Source: Antedon mediterranea
Taxonomy: Eukaryota; Animalia; Echinodermata
Direction: 5' to 3'
Length of the DNA stretch: 64,000 nucleotides
Assembly (NCBI RefSeq): GCF_964355755.1
Contig: NC_092680.1
Location: forward strand, 8,494,001-8,558,000
Below are positions 52,301-64,000 of this stretch, in pieces. Within the stretch, counting starts at the first letter, position 1; every line of letters begins with the position of its first letter. The notes under the pieces were generated by a model. It made no database searches. It was not told the origin of the DNA and was given only the letters and a program-made list of their open reading frames with translations. The position numbers were made by a program, and so were the translations under genes.

Positions 52301-55300
52301 GCAACTATCAAACAATAGATCATTAATTATTAATAATATTCCACGTGTCTTTTAAAAGTTGTTGTTCTATCATTGTTCAGTGTATGGGCCAATTATCTGA
52401 GACAACTGAATTAATAATCAAATAACAATAAGGATTAGGTGCCTCTTGATTTTGTTCACTAAATTAATTTGCATAAATAATTATTCTTCTTTTATCAATT
52501 AGAGACCAATACGTCATACAATAGTTACAATCGTTAGTAAGCTTAAAATCAAAATCAAAATCTTTATTATTTTATTCACGAAATTATAAAATATGAAAGT
52601 ACAAAATATAAAACTCGTTCACCATAAAATAAAGGTGTTCTTCCACAAGTTCGTGATAGTTAATATAATATATACAAAATACATTTTGTACTAATTTATT
52701 TTTATTTCTTTTGCATAACTTAAATTTCTATAGTAATTCCAAGTTTGATAGGAGCCTATAGTAACACAAAATAAAAACTACCGGTCACAAGGCCCGGTCT
52801 CCCTCGGTTGCAATTATTTGAGGTATATGAATGTGTCAGTGAAACTAAACTATTTAGTCATTATTTTAATAAATTAAATTAATAAATTTAAATACAATAC
52901 AATGTTCCACAATTTCAAAACGTTTATTTTCTTGTGTTACTAAATAAGATGATATGTTTAAATAAATATGCCTACATATAATAATAAATCGTGCAGTTAA
53001 TTACAAATAAATACAAACCACATCAATTCTCAACTTTAACTTATCAACCATTTGATATAGTTATTGTATATAATTACAATATTTAAAAATTAAAATGAAA
53101 TTGAACAAATATAATTAAAAACATAAATAAAAACTGTCTGTCAAAAGTTCAACAGGCAACTGTTGATACGGTTGAAGTCATGATCCGCTAACTGCATCAT
53201 TTCATGGCCTATTGTTATTTACACAAAGCAAGAATCTGTCGATATCGGCTCCAAGAAAAACGGATACGAAGTCAATGAAACGGCCGTCAAGCACAGCTTC
53301 TGTAATACACCTACCGCTAGCAGCAAAAAAATGTATCGATTCGGCACGTGTGCCACGCGCCCGAGATTAAAATCACAATCAGGAACTCCCGTGACTGGGT
53401 TTATTCGGACTCGTCTTATTTGTGTCGAGACTTCTTGTAATTAAGTCATTGATAGCTATACCTCTGTATCGTGTGCCGTGTGTATTGTTTGTGAAGTGCC
53501 CAGGCATAACTTAATTTATTACTTGAGATATGATACTCGAAGACATGCGAACGACGAATAGACTATATTCACGTTACGTATTATCATAAACTTTCGGTAA
53601 TATTAAGTTTGTTGAAGTCAAGCTTCGGCTGTTGGCAAATAACACGACCTTTGACTATGGTTAATTACTGTATTATGTGGTATGGTGTTTATCATCGTAA
53701 TAATGTTGATGAAGATGGCTCGAGAAATGATGGTGCACAATACTGATAAAGATGTGGTTCTTTGTATTCATTGATCTATATACTTTATACGGTATCATCG
53801 GTAAATTCTGTAAGACACCTTTGATGCCTGTATCATAGGTGATAGGCTTAAACTTGGCCCACATCCAGGCACATGTGATAAGCCTATGTTATGCCTATAC
53901 TGTCTTCCGTCTTTCAGAATTTGCCTGATACTTGACATTATAATGCCTGATGATGATGATGATTATGATGATGTTAAAGATAATGATGATTATGATAAGG
54001 ATAATTTTTCCAAACGTTCATAAACAATAAAGCATAAATCAGTTATCAATCACGAATATAGTATTGTCTTACTATACAACGGCTTACGAGAATCTCTTTC
54101 ACATTATCTGTTTTGGTAGCTATCGGTCAGTGGATAGCGCATTATTTATTAATAATGGTCCCTAATGCATGTTTATCCCAGGCAAAGGGATTTATACGAG
54201 AAAGCGAGTAAGAAGCGTGCGTTTTCTTAATTGGAAAAGTGGCGAAATAAAAGGTCGTAATACATCACGCACAAGATGACTTTAACAATAAGCTATATAC
54301 AAGTCTTTATAGACTATTGTATGCATCCGGTTAAGACCATTATCGTCGTTAAAATCTCTTACGTTTATTACTGATATTTTTTGATTTATGGAAATATCAA
54401 TACTTAATCGCACAATTATAATATGAATGATATTGCATTTTCAAATGAAATTGATTAACACAATAAAATAAAACAATTATTTCAATCATTGCTGATAAAA
54501 TAAATGTAGGCCTATCATTTTAAATGTTATAATGTAAACTTAAAATATTATTATAATTAAATATTAATATTGCAGTTGTCTATTGAAAAATATGTCGGGT
54601 CTTCCAAATTATGTAAAGTTGTATTTATACAGATAAGGAAGAAACTTTAAACCACCCACGTTTTTATTATAATCATCATCATCTATCTATTTTATTGTTA
54701 TCATCATCAGTACATTGACATTAGCATACACCGGAAATATAATCACTTCTTTTCATTTTTTAACAAATAGATCTATTAAATTTAATATCCGACTTAAATT
54801 ATAATATATATAAAAACAATTTTCAATATTTGTGTTATGATTACTATAAGCTCCTACAACTTAATCCATATAATTTTTACTGTTTTATTTTCTTTCACGT
54901 AATGTTGTTTAAAATCAAACTAAAATTGTGTATATTTCCTCTAATTCGAATGCTCTTTCGTGTAATTAGTTTCTTTGATTTACCGCCAATTTTCGTCGAC
55001 AGTATTCGTCCGAAGAAGTCAATTAAAGAACACAGAGAGTAAAAAGCTAGGCGTACAATACTCAAAAACAAGCAAATACCTTCATAATCCGCCCGAAATG
55101 GAAGCCGTAAAGACGACGTATCACAATAATTAAGACCTGACCTCTCCTAATCATCTAGTAAAAGTGACTCAATGTTATATACTTTAATTTACTTTATTGG
55201 TTCACATTGCAATTGTTTTCGTTCATTGGTTTCATTTTGTAGTGTATTAGTTGTGTGATTTTGTGATTACCTGATAATTTACATTTGCCATAACACATTA

Positions 55301-58300
55301 AACAGGACGATGACTTGAAGCTGAAGCTGTGAACTAAGTTAAATACTTTTTAGTTTTTTCTATGAAATCATATTTTTTTTATTGATGATTTAAAGTAAAA
55401 GATGAAGTTGAATTTGGTGATTTATTTGTAAGTGTGTATAGTACTTCGTTACGGCGGCGTTATGGAAATCAAAAGATTATACTGGTTCTTTCAGTTGGCG
55501 GCGCACTTTACGTATAACAGGCAGACCTACAAAAGATTTAACGCGTACTGTGTCTGTTTCAAATAATGTTCGTTTTACAAATATTTGATTGATTGATTGC
55601 ATTTTAACGGGGTTTTCTACCGTTCAGTTGGAATGTAATGAGGATAGTGAAAAAGTCACCAAGCTATTTTAGTTTATTATTTTATTGAACAAATATAAAT
55701 AAATGGAAACATTTTTTTATCGTCTAATCTAGTACGGTAATTGAAAACAAATTTAATTTTATCAAAAGAATTACAGTGAATATTTTTTTCTTCAAAATAA
55801 TTTTTAGGCCTAGTTTTGATTGTGTTTACCTTAGTTAGGCCTACCGTAAATTTCTTTATTTTGTCATATTCGAGGTATACAAGGAGATATGTTACATTCC
55901 ATAATCCCTGATTCGATATTGCTGAATCAAATTAACATTTAAACAAGTATAAAATATTAAAGCGTTAATAATAACTGAATATAAGATAAAACAATTTATT
56001 TTCTAATATTTTGAGGTAACAACATTTTATATAATTATTATTTTTAGCGGATAATAAATTAGATATTATATTTATCTTGGTTATTCACCGTATAACCTAT
56101 ATTGATAGAACGGTTATCTTCAATATCGTGAATTAACACCGTTAGCTAATTATGTATGTATACTTGTTTTATTCATTCCGATGATCGTTTACCGATATTC
56201 ACCCGATGGGCTTCTCTGTTTTATCATATTAACGACTACAGCGATTTAAAACAACCCTATGCATGACATATATATTATCCGCGAACAATTATTCATAAGC
56301 ATCATTCCATATTAAAATATGTTATATATTAATATATATTTGATTAACTATAATCAATATAATAGACTGACAATATTGACATTATAAATCAATCAAATAT
56401 TTTGTAACTTAAAATTATTTTACGTGGACTCAAAGAAATAAAATGTGAATATTGAAATGTAAGGCAATTGTTTCATCTCCACAAAAGATTACATTTTGTA
56501 GGGAAATTATCATAGGGAAATTCAGTAATCGTGTGTATCACAGGTGATGCCTGTATCATGGAAGATTAGATTATGGTTTAGAGAGTCTATGATACAGACG
56601 TCGCATGTATTTATGTGACGGATTGAATCAAAGTTCTATCCTAAATTCTGGGAAATCTGATACAGTACCAAAGGTTTATAAAGTCTGTTACTCCATGGTC
56701 TGTATGAGGTAATTAATGCGGTCATAATTTAAATAATTAATTACTGTAAATAAAGATATCATTTGTACTAAAACCTACTAAATATTATTATTGTAATTAT
56801 TATTAATCATAATCTTATCGTAATCATCATTAAAAACAACTTGTTATTATTAGTATTATATATTATAATTAACTCTTATATAACACGCTGGTAAGTATTA
56901 CAGAATTAAGTCTATAGCCTAACAATTTTATAAAAACAAATGTCAGTTCGTTGAATTCGCAAAGTCGCTGAACGAAACAAAATAGTTTTAGTAATAACAT
57001 AGGTTATGTTAATAATCTTTGACAACATTGTAAGAAAAAATGTGTTGTGATTTTAAACTGCAATTATAGACGTGAGATAGCTTTAAAATATTAAAAACAT
57101 TCGTTAATTCAAAACCCAACTGCGATTTTATTCGATGTCTGTTTTCATAAATGTTTATTTATTTCGTTTACAACAATTTCTGGTAATTTGTCTTTCCTCT
57201 CTACGAGTTTGCTCGATTCTGTATTCTTTTAGACACTTGTGTAATCTAATGGCTGCAATGCGATTAACCCCCTCGTTTTGTTTGTCCGTACTGCAAATGA
57301 ATGGCGAAATGTTTGCCGGTGATTATCACACTGTCGTTAGTGAAATCACCAACGTCTGTTTGCAGTATTTGACTTCATCAAATTCATCTACGGAATCGTC
57401 TTCATTAATGCCGAGGACATTAAGTTAAGACGTTGGGACGAGATTGAATAGCCAACGAATACCCCGCGGTAGTACTCTACTGGTTTGAGCATTAGCAAGT
57501 ATTTTATCAACGCAGCTAGGATTTCATGATTTTTGACAGTGATGTATCAAGCTAAGAAGCGTTAGGGAGTTGACTAACGTACACCATCCCATAGTACACG
57601 TAACACGCTATCAGGCCCGAGGATTACAACTCAAAGACCTTACAAATAGGCCTAATATAAACCAATGCTAGATAGTAATTTCAAAGCCATCATACATCTC
57701 GCTGATAGGAATGTACGCATTTTCCTATTTCCCTTTTCACAGTCGATTGCGTTCGCTGACAGGTCTATCTAATTGCATCAAATTTATTCACTTATTTAAT
57801 ACCTACTACGATTATGGACTGAAAGCAGGGTAAAGACAGCGAACATGCCCCTCGGGCGCTTATAGTGAACAATGATATTTTTTCCCAAAATACGTATGCA
57901 TCTTATCTATATCATGTTCTAAAATTCAAATCACGTCTATACATTTAGAAAAAAATGACTCCGTGAACACATCAGAAACGTTTGTCGCATTTAGATTTTA
58001 AAATGCAATACATCTTTGTTAAATATAACCTTTTATTTCATTAACACGAATTTAAATTCGTTGAATGTTAAATTGTACCGAAAACATGATGTTTGCTCAA
58101 TACACTCAATACCTCCTACAATGATTAATTCTCCGTGAAAATTAACCTCCTTTAAACGTGAAACGCATTATTGCCAACAAGATGGAAGTCGTCGTTAAAC
58201 TTTGAATTGTTATAGATTTAGAATACGTAGGAAATGACAGAAAGATGAAAAGCTAAGAGAGTTACGAGATGTCATTATGCGCCACATTAAGATAAGATAC

Positions 58301-59525
58301 GTCGTCTGTTATGATTAAGCCAGGCGGGTTTATTCTCCCATCCGCCTGCTAAGACAGCGCCAACCACTAGACTATTGCAGTTACGCGTTAACATACATCC
58401 ACTGACTTGATTCATTGTGCTATGAATCGATACGGTTAAATCTTACTTAATGTATATTCTCGGTCATTAATTATTTAAATGTTGTCTTAATTATCTATTT
58501 TTATCCGTATTCTCGTAGAATTGGCATCATCATCGAATGCATTGTATTTGATTTACAGACTAATACACTTTACGCTTTAGGCATATCTTATGAAAAATTT
58601 CATTTGAATAAAATCATATATCTCGACGGTAGGAAATAAGAAATCCCATTTTAAAATATTTTTAAAAGGTGACGATACCTAATAATTGTGGTAATTATAT
58701 ATTAATTTAGCTTATTATTACTGATATTTATTATGGTTTTTTTAAACTACAACTAATAATATATGATCAATTAAATTCAGACCAGACAGTACAGTACAGT
58801 TAAGTGATCAGAGAGATCTAATAACTATTTCCTAAAATTATACGTACAAATACCCATTCCATTAATTAGGTGTCATATTGGCTAAATTATAATTAACAGA
58901 ATATTCATTTCTAAATAGTCAATGATAAAAAAGGATCAATACACAATTATTATTATTTACAATGATACATTGTTTTTTACAGGTATGGTTTCAAAACAGA
59001 CGTGCCAAGTGGAAGAAACGAAAGAAGACCACCAATGTATTTAGGACAACTGGAGGACTAATGCCTTCACATGGACTACCACAATTCCCCTCACCAATGT
59101 CAGATTCATTCTGCAACTTTCACACAACCGATGCTCGATGGCCGGTGATGTCATCAATGACGTCACAAATGGGTAGTACGCCACCTCTTGCCCTACCCCC
59201 GACTTTACCCCGTCAGACATTGGGCCAGTCATTATCCCAGCCCGGTTGCGCACCACATTTAGGACAGGGCTCACCGTTATCAGGATCGCTCTCAATGGGT
59301 GGAAACAGTGCAATGCAATCGATGTATCAAACCCCCTTCCCAGGGGTATCGTCTGCTAGTTGTCTATCAAATTCCTCACCTACGGGTACGAATACGACGG
59401 TATTTGCCGGTGACATGTCATGTGGGTCTCAAGAGGCTGATATGTGGCGTGGAACGAGTATAGCAGCACTTCGTAGAAAAGCACTAGAGCATCACGCTGC
59501 TTCTATAAACGGGATATTTCGATGA
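46343..59525 (+). CDS. Otp: Orthopedia PRD-class homeobox transcription factor (~300 aa, 3 exons)
   Basis: Exons 46343-46448, 50912-51165 and 58983-59525 are in phase. Homeodomain [46 protein letters not shown]|[15 protein letters not shown] with the PRD-class intron between residues 46/47, the Otp-typical TTNVFR and PSHGLPQFP, and a C-terminal OAR motif [16 protein letters not shown]. Exon 1 is less certain than exons 2-3. Confidence 0.97.
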
Positions 59526-62500
59526 GGCAATCGATATAGTAAAGAACACATCAAATAAAGATCCTCGTGAAAGCCGGAAACCTCCACGAACTTGATACGA
59601 GAGATACATATTATTTGCCTGTATTTGCTGCTAGGCACACGTTTGTATATACTCCTGTTGTACTTTACATTTTAAAGATGAGATGTTGAACGGCGCAAAG
59701 TGGTCTTGTTAAATAATTGAAGGAGACAATTCAAGGGGCACTTCAACTCAAAGTACCTACTCAAAGAAGAAAGCACCACAAGCTCGTAGAAACACAAGAC
59801 AACTATAGAAATAACCCTGTTGTATCTTTCTAAACGTAAATGTCATTAAGTCGTCGACTATTAAACACACAGGTAATCTCATTACTATTTGCTTTGGAAT
59901 TCTCAATGTGTCAGTATAGTGTCTTAAAACAAATAATTCGATGATATAATTTAATATAATTATGTTAAGATACCTTTGAAAAAAGAAAAATTCCCGTCGC
60001 AAATTGGTCGGTGGCGTTCTTTCTAAACCTAAACAGATGCCTACGTCAAATGTTAAAGAAACAACACGAAATGTGTATTTTAATGTCAGTTATCAATTAA
60101 TTGGTTGTTTGGACTATCAATGTATATAGTGTGAAAAATTGTTTTCTAAAACTTGTTTATATAATGATGAAATCGGGCATACTGATCAAAAGTAAGTAAG
60201 GCCTACGAACTATGATCAAATTAGACTACATTTATTAAACTGACAAGTGACGTCACTCAGTATAAATCATGGCACTGCTCAAAGTAAAACATGGTTATGT
60301 GAATTTTAATCTTTTTTTGTCACTTCCATGCAAAGTAAGACTAATTAAAATTAACCTAATGAATTTAAATTCACTTCAGGGAACGGTAAATTAATTGTTA
60401 ATACTGATTTCAACACTCAGTAAAGATGTTGAAAGCATGTTTACATACACATGCGTATACAAAAGAGCTGATCAAGTGTTTAGAAATCTTGTTCAGTAGC
60501 CTATAGCTATAGCTACAGGATTTGCATTTAGAATAATGTATATTATACTGTATCTAGGCAAATCTGTAATACGGGGTCACATGTATCTCATGTGAAGTTT
60601 TATAAGTCACATTATTAGTCATATGTGACTGTACTGAAATCTTTAAAAAACAATTCCATGATGTTCACACTGTGTTGTGGTATAGCATGATAATAGAGTG
60701 AATTTGCGTTAAATGTATAAAAATTATTTTTCCTGTAGGCTACAAAGGAACATCTAAGATAACATCCTCTCTTAGTAGATTTTCTGTCCTTTACATTATG
60801 TTACTGAAAATGTATTGTTAATGATTGCTAATTTAAACCATGACATTCCAAAATTATATGTTTTATTGATAAAGCTAGGCCGTTTTCTTCTGATATTTAT
60901 TATGTACAAAATTAAAGATTTATTTATAAATGTGTTTTTGTTACAATGTCCTAGAATAAATTTTATTTTGTTCTGATTTTATCTTTGATACAAATCGATC
61001 GCTAACGTACAGTATTATACGTGTTTTCTTGCCGCCGGGAAAAATTGCAATTTCAAAACCGTTTAATGATTTTGTGTTGAATTTTGAGCACTTATTGTAG
61101 TGACGATAAGTATAACTGAAAGCGGTTAAATATTGGGCTTGAATTTTAAATGTGTAAGTGTTTTAACGAATGCTAAAGGCCCAATAGCAGCAGCTTACAT
61201 GTGTCATCGTACTAATAGTTCCTGTTATGAGTTATTTTAGATGATATGCTAATTATATCAAACTTTGACTTTTTATTGGTCAAGACTGACCACCTGATAC
61301 CTAATTACAAATCTATTGGTACATTAAGCTCACATGTATTAACAGTTTGCTCGTCACGTACTGCCTTATATGGTAGTAGTTGTTACAATCATGTTCAAAT
61401 GATCATGTAGCATTTTCCATGTTTTAGATTCCGTAATGTTATAAGTGTAACGGTTCAATAGGTTTGTATTAAACTATCTTTCTCTTCAATATATGAATTG
61501 TGTGGGGTTTTTTTTGTACGACATTTCTAACAGAATGTCTCATTTTCATATATTTCTGTCTTATTTTAAATGTAAATCGAATTGGGCAAAACAGGAACTA
61601 AAATACCAATATTCTGAAGCTGAAATAAACAAAAAATAATCTTGGTTGATTATAATATAATAAATAACTGGTAGTTTGCATATTTATCAATAATTGTTGA
61701 TCAAAAAAAAATATAAGAAAATCAAATCATTATAAAACATTTTACACACAAATAACTCATAAGACAAAGATTACAATTATCACTGATGATAATAATGTTA
61801 ATAACAACAATAAAACACTGCAACAATGTCAAATAATATTTTATAATAATAATAATCTGAATATCATTAATTATAAAAAAAATATTGATTGTAATAGTTT
61901 AATAACATATTAACTATTTCCTAAATAATAATTCACATAATTTTAATTATTTGCAAGTTATTGCAATCATAACAATAATTATTGTGAGCATTATCAATAA
62001 GAGTCGTTGCGATTAAAATCTGTCGGTCGCTAAACTGATTCATAACGAATTTAAATATTGTATAGTATGAAAATAAGTAAATCAAATATTATTAGGCCTG
62101 CATCCATTAATTTGTTATTTTATCGCGTCTATTTCGTATTACAATGCTTTCCGAAAATTATATGGTAGCTTACGGCGAGAGAATGATTCCTTTAAGGCGA
62201 GTGGCCATTTAAGATAGCTACTGATCTACCTAATGAACGTTCTTACAAAACGTTTATCAAAAGAATGGATATAGATTGAAGTGATTTTTTTTATGTGGTA
62301 ATCTACACAATAATCAGCATGAATATTAAATAGGTTTACATCAATTGAATTTGGAGTGAGGTCGATAATTGAAAAACTGAACAGTTTTCTAGCATATAAT
62401 TTATTTTATTTATTTAATTACTTATTTGACCGTTTAATTACGATGATGATAATGAATGCTTACGGTATTCCACTGAAGAGTGAATATGACGTGATCATAA

Positions 62501-64000
62501 TTAATTGAATTTGTTTAGATTCAACCTGTTAGTGGCGGTTTCATCGCTGTTGGTTGACAACTGAATAAAATAAAAAATAAAAAATAATGAAGAAGGCAGT
62601 TCGTGTGAATTCGGTGAAAATGATGAAATGCAAGGTCTTGATGACTTTGTTGTTATTACCATACTAAGAAAAACATATAGGCAAAATAATATAGTATTAT
62701 TAAAAATTATATTCTATACCGTTCACCACAATCAAATTGGTACTAAATAAGAAAAATAATTAGTCGTGGAATTCATATTTTTAACACATTTAACATTTTT
62801 TAAAGGTCACAAAAGAAAGTCCAATGTACGTCACCTAAGTATACTTCTTCATAAGTTATACTGCTGTTGGTGACATGGGCGATAGTTGGTCATCCTAGTA
62901 CCGTTTTAATTTCTTGAAAACACCTCTTGGCGTATGCTAGTAACAAATGGGGAAATATACCTTGTGGTGTAGATAAATTTAAAGATCATCAACATTCATT
63001 TAATCAAACGTATAATTCCAAATAAAATTGAATGTCATAAAAAAGTAATTTTATAGTTCATAAACTTGTATTTTAATTAGTTAATAAAATTATTATATTA
63101 AATACAACAATACTGTTTTTGTCTCCTAAGAAACCCGAGCATGAAACGCGATTCTAAACTCATACTACTGACAATATTATATTAATTAGATATCCTTTGT
63201 ATACACAAAACATACTGTGATTCGATATTAAAATTTAATAAATTCGTTTAACCCTAAATTAGCCAGGTATATCGAATGTACCGCGCTGTTCAGCGTGGGT
63301 TCATTGATAGATAAGAGTGTTGAGTAAGATTCATAGAGATATAATATCTCTGGTGCAATAGTCTGCCTTTGTTACTACTTTTAGCCGCCAACGTCATGGA
63401 CTGAACGTCTACGCGATATGTCGCATGACTATTGATATTCCGCGTGTCATAACCTATTTTAATTGATGTTGAACACTTTTCTATATTGTTCCAATTCTTT
63501 CTTAATTTGACCGTTATTTTGAAATGATATTACTATACCATCTAATCGAACCAACAATGAAGAAACTGACTTTCAGAAGTACCTATAGATTCTTTTCAAA
63601 TTAGTCTGTTGGCACAGAATAAAGTGAAAGGTAAACGCCATTGTGTGTCTAACATTATTCATATTTTATCAAATTAAACTAGTCTTTCATTGTGCTAGCA
63701 TGACTTCTTTCCAATAAAGGAGGACAAAATTGCATTTTTAATGATAATAATTATTTCATATTAGATACCAACTAATAAATCAATTTAAGTAAAAATTCAA
63801 CGGCGAATTATAAACATATATTTATAATTGTCTTAATACTTATTATTTATTAATTCAGTTCTTTAGGAAGTACAACGTCTATATGTTATCATCACTTTCA
63901 TCTAAACTAATTATTGATAGACAGAGATACAGACGAGTTCGAGTTGCGACGAGATACGACCTGACGTCATGTTAATGTATTGTGCGCATGTGAGTTTCGT

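Noticed and set aside
59041-59313. Antisense ORF over Otp exon 3 (similarly 9114-9338 over the NAT8-like gene and 7756-8071 over the small gene)
   Set aside because: Shadow ORFs of real coding sequence.

Overview
AT-rich, intron-containing animal genomic DNA, probably an invertebrate deuterostome such as an echinoderm (inference). Five protein-coding genes are supported: a multi-exon Skeletor/Knickkopf-like DM13-DM13-DOMON gene (+, 5' end outside the window, ends 7002), a 94-aa hydrophobic hairpin protein (-), a camello/NAT8-like GNAT acetyltransferase (-), TBCA (+, 4 exons) and, after a ~27-kb gene desert, the homeobox gene Orthopedia (Otp, +, 3 exons). TBCA upstream of Otp on the same strand matches the human TBCA-OTP arrangement. 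The 10.2-15.4 kb interval is a decayed tandem duplicate of the small-protein/NAT8/promoter block, filled with mobile DNA. This includes Kolobok-type foldback MITEs, a Deu/Nin-type SINE, a HINE/DINE-like element, and a tandem-plus-inverted array of ~365-bp units that each carry a fully foldable tRNA-Asp(ATC)-like gene. The main non-gene signals are: (1) strong enrichment of TAGGCCTA and TAC(A/T)GTA words, which paralog comparisons inside the window show to be small insertions at TA sites (candidate transposon excision footprints); (2) the tRNA(ATC) array; (3) apparent splitting of a bidirectional promoter by duplication; (4) a Penelope-type minimal hammerhead in an intron. All calls were made by eye, with no database searches.
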